This document shows, one piece after another, positions 30,298 through 39,549 of a stretch of 64,000 nucleotides of DNA. The first letter of the stretch is position 1. Every line of letters starts with the position of its first letter. A program made the position numbers and the translations under genes. Source of the stretch: an uncultured Anaerolineales bacterium (GTDB lineage Bacteria; Chloroflexota; Anaerolineae; B4-G1); NCBI GenBank assembly GCA_964450435.1, contig CAYVCX010000007.1, positions 13,216 to 77,215 on the forward strand, in the 5' to 3' direction. Under the pieces are notes generated by a model. That model saw only the letters and a program-made list of their open reading frames with translations, searched no databases and was not told where the DNA came from.

Positions 30298-30463
30298 CCG
30301 GGCAAGCCCGATCCCAGCGAGTGTGGCAGCAAGCACCTGATCGAGCATCCCTTCAGGCGCCCAGAGATCAACCAAAGGGCAACTGTATCGACGAGGGGTC
30401 CTACACAGAGTTCTGCTCGCTACGGAGAGCCAGACCGGCAGGCTTCGACGTCGTCCGGCGAGA

Positions 30464-30537
30464 TACCCCAGGCAGGACTTGAACCTGCAGCCCTCGGATT
30501 AGAAGTCCGATGCTCTATCCAGTTGAGCTACTGGGGC
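30464..30537 (-). tRNA. tRNA-Arg (anticodon TCT)
   Basis: Minus strand GCCCCAG TA GCTC AACTGGATA GAGC A TCGGA CTTCTAA TCCGA GGGCT GCAGG TTCAAGT CCTGC CTGGGGT A. Full cloverleaf, 74 nt, no encoded CCA, G1-U72 wobble. Confidence 0.95.
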
Positions 30538-30547
30538 TTCAATCGTG

Positions 30548-30576
30548 ATTCTAACCCGAGGAGGGACTGCTGTCAA
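30548..30576 (-). promoter_or_regulatory. tRNA-Arg promoter TTGACA-17-TAGAAT
   Basis: Minus strand reads TTGACA gcagtccctcctcgggt TAGAAT cacgattgaa followed by the tRNA 5' end. Confidence 0.75.
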
Positions 30577-30630
30577 GCAATCGATCTCGCAGCAACCCCG
30601 CCGTGTGCTGGCTAATTATGCCCAACCATG

Positions 30631-30665
30631 AAACAAGAAAGCGCCACGACAATCATCGTGACGCT
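30631..30665 (-). terminator. Rho-independent terminator of the 526/148-aa operon
   Basis: Minus strand AGCGTCACGA tgattg TCGTGGCGCT followed by TTTCTTGTTT, 24 nt after the stop at 30689. Confidence 0.75.
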
Positions 30666-30688
30666 CCAACGGCTCCCTAAAAGGCTTT

Positions 30689-31135
30689 CTACCGAGCGGG
30701 CCGAATTCCTTTGTAAACCCGAAGCCCGCCCAAAGTACGCAAGATCCTCTCCGGATACCTGCCGGTGATGGCACCCAGCTCCTTCGGCGTCAGGGGCTTG
30801 TTTCCTCTGGCGAGGAAGACGCGAAATACCGCGTCAACCAAGGGCAGACTGTCCGTGATGTAGTCCGGCTGTTGACTGCAGTGAATGTGCAAGACATGCT
30901 GCAGCCCGTTCACACGTCGCACTTCACCGGTTCTCTCATCAACCCAGTCGATCTTCTCCTCAGCGGCAAACTCTCGGCCAAAGGCCTGTCTGTGCTCCTT
31001 GCATAAGTGAGATCTCAGCTCCACGCCGATATCCAGGCCTCTACCCTCCCACCAATCGTAGTCGATGTGAAAAGGGGTATCAAGGGTCGGTCTGACCAAC
31101 TCTCGCAGCGATGTAGGGATTGTCATCTCAGCCAT
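30689..31135 (-). CDS. Hypothetical protein, 148 aa (no family recognised)
   Basis: Balanced, protein-like composition. Starts 10 nt after the upstream gene stop and is followed by a terminator. Confidence 0.7.
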   Translation of the reverse strand: MAEMTIPTSLRELVRPTLDTPFHIDYDWWEGRGLDIGVELRSHLCKEHRQAFGREFAAEEKIDWVDERTGEVRRVNGLQHVLHIHCSQQPDYITDSLPLVDAVFRVFLARGNKPLTPKELGAITGRYPERILRTLGGLRVYKGIRPAR

Positions 31136-31144
31136 AAATCGAAC

Positions 31145-32725
31145 CTATGCTCCACCGGGCGCCGCGTGCAAGACCCAGTAATTGTCGCCCACCGGGGCAT
31201 ACCGGTCGCTCGTGACCAATGCCTCGAGCAGAGGTCCGGGCGGCGTGCGCCTGAGGACGTTGACCGCGCTGTACAGCGTGGCAGCGTGGACATTGCCCTG
31301 AGGGCTGAGCTTGACCAGCTCGGGAAACACATCCCCGACGATCTCTGGCAGCGAAAGGTCCTGCTTCGCCACACGCTTCCACAGCTTCTCCAACCCCTGG
31401 AGGTCGGCGGCCCCCATCACCATGAGCTCGTCGTAGTCGCAGGCAATGTCCTCCTTGTGCATCTCAAAGGCCAGCCTGTTTTCTCTCGGCATCGCTACGC
31501 GGATCCACTCTCTCCTGGAACGGCGCTTACGGGGTCTGATGATGAACTCACCCGCTCCTTCACCCTGGGAGACCTCCAGGTAGGCCCCTACCGGGATGTT
31601 GTTGTCCCGGTACCACTCCTCCAGCCCGTAGACGTAGCGTTCGTCCTGTACGACCCATCCGGGCATCTCCTCGCCAGTGTCGCCGTCGACAAAAGTGAGA
31701 TAGATACGCTCAGTGATCCCAGACGGAAACACCTGTGACGAGCGACTGGAAAGCGGAAGGGTACCGGACCTCCAGTGCGGATAAATGAGCACGATCTGCA
31801 CCGGCTCCGATACCTCTTCCGGAGATTCAAGATCAGACCATTCATCGTCAAGCTGCCGCTCCAACGACCTCATCTCGCTGGTGAGCAGCGGCGGTTCGTA
31901 CTCCAACGGCTCATAATCGAGGTAGATGGGGGTGCGTCGAATCGCCTCCGGTTCGAGTCGCTTGAGGTACCACAGTACCTCTCCTGCCGGGCCAACCTCA
32001 TCGAACCGCTCGTCCTGCTGGAGAGCATAATTCAGCGAGAAGATGCGGAGCTGGGGCGAGATCTCTGCAGGCAACTCGACATCGCCAAGAAGAGCCTCTG
32101 TTGGCAGCGGACCGCCGCCTGCCACGTCAAGCACCGCCTCTGCCAGGTTCAGATGGCCCGTATGCACCTCGACGAGCAGGTCTCTGCGGAACCACTTGTC
32201 GGCCAGACGGACGAAATCCGGCTCTGACTCGAGGCGCTCCTCAAGCCGGTCAGCCAGCACGGGCGCGTAGAGGGAGGCCAGCTGCTCAGGGGTGCGCAAT
32301 TCCTCGGCATCGGGGACGCCCGAAGCTGCCTCGTTGAGAAGGTGTCCATCTTCAAACTCGGCCGCGAATTCTCGCTCTTCTCCCTCTTCGAACTTAACCT
32401 TGATCACCTTGAATGGCTCATGCTCAGGGTTGTGACCGGGACGCACATTGACGACTTCACCCGAGCGGTAATCAAGCACAGGGAAAACCACTCGCTCTCC
32501 AACCTCATAGCTGTCCTTGGGGCGGTAAGGGGTCCCTTTCGAGAGGGCACGCTCTATGAGTGCCTCCTCCTGGCGAGCGTGGTGCGAAACCAATGCACGA
32601 CTCAGCTCTTTCGTGGAGCGGGGAAGCTCGTCCTCAACCAGCAACGTGCTCAGGTACTGAAGATCTTCAGAAGTAACGGCGTAGTCGTCCCAATAGTCCG
32701 AACGCTGGGTCTTCCTTCGAATCAA
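31145..32725 (-). CDS. Hypothetical protein, 526 aa (no family recognised; SH3/Tudor-like YxVGxxV segments and a possible HARE-HTH-like C-terminus)
   Basis: Long ORF with normal composition. TTG start is preceded by GGAGGA (9 nt) and by the extended -10 TGgTATAAT. C-terminus is ...ATLYSAVNVL...SDRYAPVGDNYWVL. Confidence 0.7.
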   Translation of the reverse strand: MIRRKTQRSDYWDDYAVTSEDLQYLSTLLVEDELPRSTKELSRALVSHHARQEEALIERALSKGTPYRPKDSYEVGERVVFPVLDYRSGEVVNVRPGHNPEHEPFKVIKVKFEEGEEREFAAEFEDGHLLNEAASGVPDAEELRTPEQLASLYAPVLADRLEERLESEPDFVRLADKWFRRDLLVEVHTGHLNLAEAVLDVAGGGPLPTEALLGDVELPAEISPQLRIFSLNYALQQDERFDEVGPAGEVLWYLKRLEPEAIRRTPIYLDYEPLEYEPPLLTSEMRSLERQLDDEWSDLESPEEVSEPVQIVLIYPHWRSGTLPLSSRSSQVFPSGITERIYLTFVDGDTGEEMPGWVVQDERYVYGLEEWYRDNNIPVGAYLEVSQGEGAGEFIIRPRKRRSRREWIRVAMPRENRLAFEMHKEDIACDYDELMVMGAADLQGLEKLWKRVAKQDLSLPEIVGDVFPELVKLSPQGNVHAATLYSAVNVLRRTPPGPLLEALVTSDRYAPVGDNYWVLHAAPGGA

Positions 32726-32769
32726 CTCGCTATGTCCTCCATGGGGTTCATCTCAACACACGGGCGAGG

Positions 32770-32778
32770 ATTATACCA
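32770..32778 (-). promoter_or_regulatory. Extended -10 TGgTATAAT for the 526/148-aa operon
   Basis: Minus strand reads gcTGgTATAATcc, about 40 nt upstream of the TTG start. It overlaps a plus-strand TTGACA (32791-32796). Confidence 0.5.
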
Positions 32779-32843
32779 GCTTCAAGCTATTTGACAAATG
32801 CGTCTGTTTGGGACACACTACTGACAAGCGAAGGAGGTCACCA

Positions 32844-33077
32844 GTGAAGCGGAAGACGTCGCGCTTCTCGAATTTGACAAGGATACACACAGCCGCAGGT
32901 CTCATCAGAGCCCAGGTGATCAAGGCCAAACTCGAAGCGGCGGGTATCCCAGCGCTGCTGGACTATGAAAGCGTTGGACCAGTCATCGGGATCACTGTGG
33001 ATGGCATCGGAGCAGTGCGGGTCCTGGTGCCAAAACAGCACGCTGAGGAGGCGAGAGCCTTGATCGCGGAAGAATAG
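32844..33077 (+). CDS. DUF2007-type small protein (putative signal-transducing, PII-like fold)
   Basis: TAAGLIRAQVIKAKLEAAGIPALL...VLVPKQHAEEARALI. GTG start is preceded by AAGGAGG. Confidence 0.7.
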   Translation: MKRKTSRFSNLTRIHTAAGLIRAQVIKAKLEAAGIPALLDYESVGPVIGITVDGIGAVRVLVPKQHAEEARALIAEE

Positions 33078-33170
33078 GACGGGGCAAAGGCGGGTCCCTG
33101 GCTCGGGTCGAGGCTGCCCGGGACATCACGGGGAGGAAGCTTGCTGCCGAGGGCGAGGGCACTTCAGCCC

Positions 33171-33557
33171 CTACTGGGCTGAGAGCACCCCGACGCGAGC
33201 CAGAAGCTCGGAGAGTTCAATCGGTTTGGAGAGATAGTCGTTCGCCCCTGCCCCCAGAGCTTCGGTACGGATCTGCGCATTGTTCTCAGCAGCGATGGCT
33301 AACACGGGCAAGCGTGCAAGGCGCTTCTCGGCGCGGATCCGCCCGAGAAGCGTCAAGCCGTCCAAACCAGGGATGTTCAGATCGAGGAGCAGCAGGTCCG
33401 GGATGGGACCCTTGCCCCTTGCTCCGGCCACCAGGCGTTTCCAACCCGTTTCGCCATCACCACAGGCCTCTACCCGGTATCCTTGGCTGGACAGAATGCT
33501 GTCCAGGGTACTGACGACCGCTGAGCTGTCATCAAGGATCAAGATGTGGGTGCGCAC
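33171..33557 (-). CDS. Single-domain CheY-like response regulator
   Basis: ILILDDS...DLLLLDLNIPGLDG...LSKP. Start set at the GTG after GGAGG; the track ORF starts at 33617. Confidence 0.85.
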   Translation of the reverse strand: MRTHILILDDSSAVVSTLDSILSSQGYRVEACGDGETGWKRLVAGARGKGPIPDLLLLDLNIPGLDGLTLLGRIRAEKRLARLPVLAIAAENNAQIRTEALGAGANDYLSKPIELSELLARVGVLSAQ

Positions 33558-33845
33558 TGCCCCTCCGATATGAGCCCCTCGCAACGGACCGAGGCAAGAA
33601 GCACGGGGCGGATTCATTGGTGCTTGTCAGTGTGCTCAGTCGAACCCCTCAGTCACGCCTGGCAAGCCGTCGGGCACTTCAAGACCGCCTATTCATCCTC
33701 CATCCCAGTGCGCAGCGCCAACGGTTCATGCATAGTGGCATTCCAAGAACCCGTCCGATGGATAGTGGGCGCCACCCGGCCCTGCGCTACAAACCCACGG
33801 CTGGATTGAAAGACACTAGAAGTCTATCAGGATACAGGAGAGGAA

Positions 33846-34397
33846 TCAAGGGGACCTTCGTACCATATCGGTATCGTCCTCGAATTGCTCCAATCCGGGC
33901 AACTCGTCCAGGCTCTGAAGCCCAAAGTGCTGGAGAAATTCGGCCGTCGTCCCGTAGAGGAAGGGGCGCCCGACCCCATCGACCCGACCTACGCGGTCGA
34001 TGAGCCCAGCGCTGAGAAGCGTGCGGAGAACGCTATCCGAGCCCACTCCGCGGATCCCCTCGATCTCGGGACGGGTGATGGGCTGGCGATAGGCAATGAT
34101 CGCCAGAGCCTCCAACGCTGCCTGCGAGAGATGGACGCGGGCCTCCAGGCCGAGGAATCGCTCAATATGAGGCGCGGCCTCCGGCGCCGTTGTAAGCTGC
34201 ACCCGACTGTCGATCCGCTGCAGTCGCAGTCCGCGCCCCTCGTAGTGCTCGACCAGGGCGTCCAGCGCCTGCTCGACCTGGCCCAAGGGAACGTCCAGCG
34301 CCTCCGCGAGACGATGAGCGGAGACCGGCTCTTCGGCCACGAAGAGCACGCTCTCCACTCGCGCTGTCACACCCAGCTGGTTGTTCTCGTTGCTCAC
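33846..34397 (-). CDS. scpB: Segregation and condensation protein B
   Basis: VESVLFVAEEPVS...LEALAIIAYRQPITRPEIEGIRGV...LL..GLI. Confidence 0.9.
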   Translation of the reverse strand: MSNENNQLGVTARVESVLFVAEEPVSAHRLAEALDVPLGQVEQALDALVEHYEGRGLRLQRIDSRVQLTTAPEAAPHIERFLGLEARVHLSQAALEALAIIAYRQPITRPEIEGIRGVGSDSVLRTLLSAGLIDRVGRVDGVGRPFLYGTTAEFLQHFGLQSLDELPGLEQFEDDTDMVRRSP

Positions 34398-34437
34398 AAC
34401 GTCGCCACAACAGGCTGCCCTGCTTGTCGGTCGCCCC

Positions 34438-35040
34438 TCAGCTCAACTCCTCCGGTGAAGAAAACGGGGTCTCCGCTTGCTCTGTATGTTCTGCACCAGG
34501 AGCTTGGCGGATAGTCTCGATATTCACCCTGGGCGGCCGGGCCAGCTTGAGGCCCATGCCCTCCTCCACCACGCGCCGAACCGTCTCAACAATCCGCTCG
34601 GCCTTGCCCGGTAGGCCTGTCTGCGCCGCAATCTGGGCATCGATCTCGACGGCGACACCTTTCCGCTTCGCCGACACCTTGGGCTTCGCCTTGAGCACCT
34701 CAGGAAGCTGGCTGATCTCAGCCTTCAGCTGATCGGCAACGGACGCAATGCTGAGCGTTACCTCACCGCCCGCCGCGTGCTCGACACTGATGGACTTGGG
34801 GGCAGGTTTTCCCACCTCGACGACGATGAGGAGAATAGCGACGATGTTCACGATGACGGCCAGGAGAATACCCAGCGGCAAGCGGACCACGGGCCGTATC
34901 CGGGCCACCGAGTCCGCCAGCAGTCCAGCCTGCTCGCCGATGACACGTAGCGTAGGCAGTGGGACCACAAGGACAAAGGAACACAGGACCATTACGCCAA
35001 GCAGCAGAATCACGAGTACGACACGGTTGAGAGTATTCAT
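34438..35040 (-). CDS. Membrane-anchored protein, AmaP (Asp23-anchor)-like
   Basis: Two N-terminal TM helices followed by a soluble E/K/A-rich domain. The family call is tentative. Confidence 0.6.
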   Translation of the reverse strand: MNTLNRVVLVILLLGVMVLCSFVLVVPLPTLRVIGEQAGLLADSVARIRPVVRLPLGILLAVIVNIVAILLIVVEVGKPAPKSISVEHAAGGEVTLSIASVADQLKAEISQLPEVLKAKPKVSAKRKGVAVEIDAQIAAQTGLPGKAERIVETVRRVVEEGMGLKLARPPRVNIETIRQAPGAEHTEQAETPFSSPEELS

Positions 35041-35133
35041 CGTCTTGCCTCCTTGCGTACGATAGAAAGCGGTACCCTCCGTCAGAACACGCCACAGCCC
35101 GGGGGACCGACGAACCGGCTAAGGATGCATTCT

Positions 35134-35162
35134 ATTATAGCATCGCCCCTCCGTTTTGGCAA
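35134..35162 (-). promoter_or_regulatory. Promoter TTGCCA-17-(TGc)TATAAT for the AmaP-like/scpB unit
   Basis: Minus strand reads TTGCCA aaacggaggggcgatgc TATAAT. Confidence 0.65.
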
Positions 35163-35170
35163 TATACTGC

Positions 35171-38041
35171 TCACGACGAGCGGCGAAAGATGAGGCCAGG
35201 TGCCAGCACGACGAGAGCGAGCCCGACAGCGCTGAGGACGCCCCCTGCCGCCTGGCTGCGCGGCCGAAAGGCAAAGACGATGCGGTGCGGCCCTGGCCCC
35301 AGAGGAACGGCACGGAAGAGGAGGTCAGCGCGACAGATGGCGGCGGGTTCGCCGTCGACCTTCACCTGCCAACCGGGATACCAGGCATCAGTCAGGACCA
35401 GGTAGCCCGGTCCGGCCAGGTGCGCCTCGACGGTAATCCGTTCCGGTTGGTAGTCGATGATGCTGGCATCCATCAACGGGGCTTCATTCGGATCACCGGC
35501 CGAATCGGCACCGGAAGCCCGTTCGATATTCTCAACGCGGCACGCGTGATGATCGGCGTGCAGCAGCACTTCCGAGGTCGGGTCGAAGGTGGAATCGCCC
35601 ATCGCCTCCAGAGCTGCCTGGTCGCTATGGACCGCCCGGGCGAAAGGGACGACGAAAGCTCTCGGCAGCGTGTCGAGTATCTCATAGACCTTGACGTCGC
35701 CCGAGTGGACCAGGCGAAAGCGGCCTCGATCAGACACGACGAGCGGCTGGAAACTCCCGGTGCGCTCGTCGAGCAAGCTCACCCCCTGGACGACCCACCT
35801 TCCCTCCGGAAGAGTGGCCCTGAAGCTGACGCTGAGCAGTTCCGCAGGCTCCGACCAGCGGAGTCGAGCCGCCGGAGGGGCCCCTACCGCCCCGTCCAGA
35901 ACCTCATAAGACGCCTCCTCGCCTGCACGGAGCTCAAAGGCGCGGTCCTTTCCGTCTTCGAACTCCAGCGTGACCACGCCCACCGGAGCACCATCGGGCA
36001 GCCCATCGGCTCCCTCCAGGTGAGATACCAGCCCCAACGTCGTCGCCTGGAACTGAGGAACGTGAGCTACCTGAGCCTGCTGTCCAGCAGACAAGCTCGC
36101 CCCGTGTTGGAGATCATAGAATACGTCATCGATCCAGGCATCCCGCAGCTTGTCCGTTATCAGGTAGCGCACGTTGAACAAGCTCAACCAACGCCCGTCG
36201 GGAACCACGGCGAGGTTCTCCCGCAGCCGACCATCTATGGAGACACTCGCCGGCGGCAGGAAGAGGCGCTGGAGGGTGACATAATGCTCCAGCGGGAGCA
36301 CGCCGCCGTCGTAGCCGTCCACGGCCGGGACACGGAAGGCGAGGGGCAGGTTCGGGCTGGCAATCTCTTTCTGTTTGGTAGCGATGATAAACTCGTAGAG
36401 CTGGTCATCGGTGAGCTGGGGCCCGTAGATCGTGTTCAGCAACGACAGATCGCCTGGGTCGAAGGTGGTATCGGACATACTTAGAAATCGCCCTCCCGGC
36501 CCTGCATCACGCCGCCCAGCGTCCACCAGGTGCGCCAAGGCCGGACGCAAGCTGGTGAACGCCTGAGCGGCAGTGGCACGAGCCAGAGGAAGGGCGCTGG
36601 CTGCTAGATAGAGCTCTCCAATCAACAGGGCCAGCAGGGCACACGTCGTCAGGCGGGGGGCTCGCGGAGCACCCACAAGCATTCCAGCCACCATCAGCAG
36701 CAGAACGAACCAGGCGCCGATATCGAGCCACCGCAGACCAGTTCCTCCAGCCCGAGCCATAGGTCCGACGGCCCAGAGGACCAGGGCGGTAACAGAGACA
36801 GCGACCGCCAGAACGGTGCGCGTTCCAGTGCGTTCTCCCTGCCAGATCCCTTGAACGGCGCGGCCGGCGAGGGCGGCGACAGCAATGGCGTACAGCGCCA
36901 ACCAGCGAGCCGGCACGCGGAAGTGGGCGAAGCCCGGAACGAAGCGCGCCAGGAGGAGGTAGACCGGATTGTAGACACCAAGAGCGAAGAGAAGGCCCAG
37001 GGAAGTGAGGAGCAAGACTCCCAGGCCGGTCGATGGCGAGGGAAACGCTCCGCCCGCACGGCTCTCGCGGCGGTCACGGATGACCGCCGCGAGTCCAACG
37101 ACGGCCAAGGCCAGCCCAGCCACACCGACATATGCCACGTGCTCAATATGATCCGGAGGGACGGAATCCACGAAGCGGGGCAGAAGAGCCCGCCCGACGT
37201 AGAAGGGAGAGAGGGAGAACGAGACCCTCTCCTTCAGCGGCAGCCCGCGAGCGCGCACTGAGTGCCGCGAGAGCTCCCAGGTTGGGACAATCTGCACCCC
37301 GGCGAGGGCAATGCCTGTTCCCGCCGTGGTCGCCAGGAGCGCGGCACGCCGGAGCAGGGGCCGCCACTCGTCGTGCCGGAGCACCACTTCAAGGACCGGT
37401 CCCAGTCCGTAGATGGCCAATCCCACCAGGCATACAAACGCCGCCTGGGTGTGCCCGGCGAGCAATACCAGTGCGATGAGGATCGAAAGACCGAGAAAGG
37501 CCGCCCGGCGATGAGACGCCCGAAATCGCGGATCGGAGACGCGATCGTACAGAGCCAGCATCAAGGGCAGCCACGCCAATCCCTGAAGCTGGTTGACGTG
37601 CTCAATCTGGGCGCCCAAGTAGCCACCCAGGGCGAAAATGGCCCCAAGACCCCAGGCCGCGACGCGTTCGAGGTTCAGCGACATCCGCCCCCACACGTAG
37701 GCATTGAGGGCAGCCAAGGAGAGATGAAGGACCACGGTCAGATGGACGGATCGGTGAGCCGGGAAGGCGAGCCACAGCAGCCAGTTGACGGGGTAGAAGA
37801 AGCCCATTTGGCTGTTGGCGAGGAAGGGCACGCCCATGAACAGGAAAGGATTCCATAGGGGAAGCCGTCCCGCGCGAATCGCCCGCGTTGCCTCGGCCCA
37901 ATAGGGGTAGAAATAGGTGAAGACGTCGCCGCCAGCCAGCACACGGCCGGCAAGGCCGATGCGCCAGGTGAAGATGATCACCAGGACCCAGAGAAGGGCA
38001 ACGGCCAGGACGTCCCACAGGAAGCTCCTGTACCGGTCCAT
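35171..38041 (-). CDS. YfhO-family polytopic membrane glycosyltransferase-like protein with a large C-terminal extracytoplasmic domain
   Basis: N-terminus ...GGDVFTYFYPYWAEATRAIRAGRLPLWNPFLFMGVPFLANSQMGFFYPVNWL (YfhO signature) and more than 12 TM segments. Confidence 0.8.
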   Translation of the reverse strand: MDRYRSFLWDVLAVALLWVLVIIFTWRIGLAGRVLAGGDVFTYFYPYWAEATRAIRAGRLPLWNPFLFMGVPFLANSQMGFFYPVNWLLWLAFPAHRSVHLTVVLHLSLAALNAYVWGRMSLNLERVAAWGLGAIFALGGYLGAQIEHVNQLQGLAWLPLMLALYDRVSDPRFRASHRRAAFLGLSILIALVLLAGHTQAAFVCLVGLAIYGLGPVLEVVLRHDEWRPLLRRAALLATTAGTGIALAGVQIVPTWELSRHSVRARGLPLKERVSFSLSPFYVGRALLPRFVDSVPPDHIEHVAYVGVAGLALAVVGLAAVIRDRRESRAGGAFPSPSTGLGVLLLTSLGLLFALGVYNPVYLLLARFVPGFAHFRVPARWLALYAIAVAALAGRAVQGIWQGERTGTRTVLAVAVSVTALVLWAVGPMARAGGTGLRWLDIGAWFVLLLMVAGMLVGAPRAPRLTTCALLALLIGELYLAASALPLARATAAQAFTSLRPALAHLVDAGRRDAGPGGRFLSMSDTTFDPGDLSLLNTIYGPQLTDDQLYEFIIATKQKEIASPNLPLAFRVPAVDGYDGGVLPLEHYVTLQRLFLPPASVSIDGRLRENLAVVPDGRWLSLFNVRYLITDKLRDAWIDDVFYDLQHGASLSAGQQAQVAHVPQFQATTLGLVSHLEGADGLPDGAPVGVVTLEFEDGKDRAFELRAGEEASYEVLDGAVGAPPAARLRWSEPAELLSVSFRATLPEGRWVVQGVSLLDERTGSFQPLVVSDRGRFRLVHSGDVKVYEILDTLPRAFVVPFARAVHSDQAALEAMGDSTFDPTSEVLLHADHHACRVENIERASGADSAGDPNEAPLMDASIIDYQPERITVEAHLAGPGYLVLTDAWYPGWQVKVDGEPAAICRADLLFRAVPLGPGPHRIVFAFRPRSQAAGGVLSAVGLALVVLAPGLIFRRSS

Positions 38042-39549
38042 CAGTCTGATGACGGCAACAACCGGTAGACAATAAAGGCGGGATGGCCGCCGGTGTGAGC
38101 CACGGACAACGCGGGGCTCAACATATAGCCGACTTCATCCAGGTAGCGTTCGACGCGAGCGGACGACTCCCACGCCGGAAAGGTAACGTAGCGGGGTTCC
38201 CGAGAGCCAAAGGCCTGCACGTCCCGGGCAAGCCACGCCGGGTGGGGCCAGTAGGCAAGGTAGATGGGAGCATCCCACAGAGCGTATCGGTAGTGATGCC
38301 CCAGCCAGTGATGGTAGACGACAGCACCTTCGGGCAGGCCGGCCAAGAAGGAGGTAACGTCGTCAATCCCCTCATAGGCAGCGTGCTCCTGCCCGACGGG
38401 GCAGGGCCCGGCGCTCGCCTGAAGGGCAGGCAGGATCAAGAAGACGACCAGGACCAGACACCCGACCATCGACTGCTGCCGGGGCGCCAGGAAGCGAAGG
38501 TGAGACACGGTAGCCCGGACGATGCGCCCCAGAAGCACAGCCGCGACTGGTACCATCGGCACCAGGTAGCGGTCCCAGATAGGAAAGGCCACCAACCAGT
38601 GGAAGATGGCGTAGATAAGCAGAAATGCCACCAATAAGACATCGATCAGAGCGTGGCGTGCGGACAGGTGCCGGAAAACCGCGACCCCGACGAGGACCGG
38701 CAAGCCCAGCAGCGAGAGCCCGTTGATCGCCGGGGAAGGAAACAGATAACGAAGCAGTCTGAGCCACTTCAAGAGGCGGGGCCACAGTTCCTGAGGCCAG
38801 ATCGGTCGCAGCCCCCCATAGCCGACAACTCCCGCCTGCCAGAAGCTGGGGGCACCTTGCAGCCCGCGAGCAACATCCCAGGCGAGAACAACACCCATTC
38901 CCAGACCCAAACAGGCGATGAAGGGGAGAAGCAACGGCCGACGATCACCCGGGGAGCGCCGCGCCAGGGCCAAGAGCAGCACGGATAGGAGCACCCACAC
39001 CAGCCCGGTCTGCTTGGTGGCGAGACTGAGGGCAGCCAAGAAGCCAGCCCAGATCGCCTCCCCGCGCACTGCGGCCAGGCAGGCGGCCGTTCCCAAAGCC
39101 ACCATCGCCGGGTCTGGAAAGGCCGTGCCGGAGAAGACCACGGTAAAGGGTGACAGAGCCACGCCGATGGCTGCCATTGCTCCAGTCCCTCGGTCTCCGT
39201 ACAGGCGGTGAGCCAGAGAAGCGGTGAGCGGTACAGTCAGCATCCCGGCTGCCAAACCCGGGAGGCGAAGGGCAACTTTCGCATCTTCGAGGAGGAGTTG
39301 GAAGCCGGCCAGGGCATAGGGCAACAGTGGCGGCTTATCCACGGGTGCGCTGGTCAGCCAAGGATCGCGACCGTGCCCAATGAGCAATCCCCAGTAGCCA
39401 TAGAGAGCTTCGTCCGAGTGAAGAGAACTGTGGAGGAGTGGGGGCAAGCGCAGCGCCCAGGCCAGCAGCAACAACGCCACCAACACCCACCGGAGTCTCG
39501 CCCAGCGGCCGCAGATCACGGAGTGAAGCGATATTTGAGAAGTGTCCAC
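38041..39549 (-). CDS. GT-C fold glycosyltransferase (ArnT/PMT, GT39/GT83-like)
   Basis: LHSDEALYGYWG... motif and a polytopic profile. An alternative GTG start at 39519 forms a GTGA overlap with the upstream GT2 stop. Confidence 0.82.
   Translation of the reverse strand: MDTSQISLHSVICGRWARLRWVLVALLLLAWALRLPPLLHSSLHSDEALYGYWGLLIGHGRDPWLTSAPVDKPPLLPYALAGFQLLLEDAKVALRLPGLAAGMLTVPLTASLAHRLYGDRGTGAMAAIGVALSPFTVVFSGTAFPDPAMVALGTAACLAAVRGEAIWAGFLAALSLATKQTGLVWVLLSVLLLALARRSPGDRRPLLLPFIACLGLGMGVVLAWDVARGLQGAPSFWQAGVVGYGGLRPIWPQELWPRLLKWLRLLRYLFPSPAINGLSLLGLPVLVGVAVFRHLSARHALIDVLLVAFLLIYAIFHWLVAFPIWDRYLVPMVPVAAVLLGRIVRATVSHLRFLAPRQQSMVGCLVLVVFLILPALQASAGPCPVGQEHAAYEGIDDVTSFLAGLPEGAVVYHHWLGHHYRYALWDAPIYLAYWPHPAWLARDVQAFGSREPRYVTFPAWESSARVERYLDEVGYMLSPALSVAHTGGHPAFIVYRLLPSSD

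Noticed and set aside
28906-30375. 489-aa minus-strand ORF
   Set aside because: Antisense to tatB-like/tatC and the spacer. The composition is extreme (Asp/Gly/His/Arg-rich) and no family is recognisable.
35156-36484. 442-aa plus-strand ORF; likewise 46937-48124, 56479-57903, 40590-41489, 18189-19229, 5753-6853, 25492-26952 and 51868-52794
   Set aside because: All lie opposite confidently recognised genes (YfhO-like, phosphorylase, korA, MobA/HAD, PBP, GT2/ThrC-like, zwf, E2) and have shadow-ORF composition.
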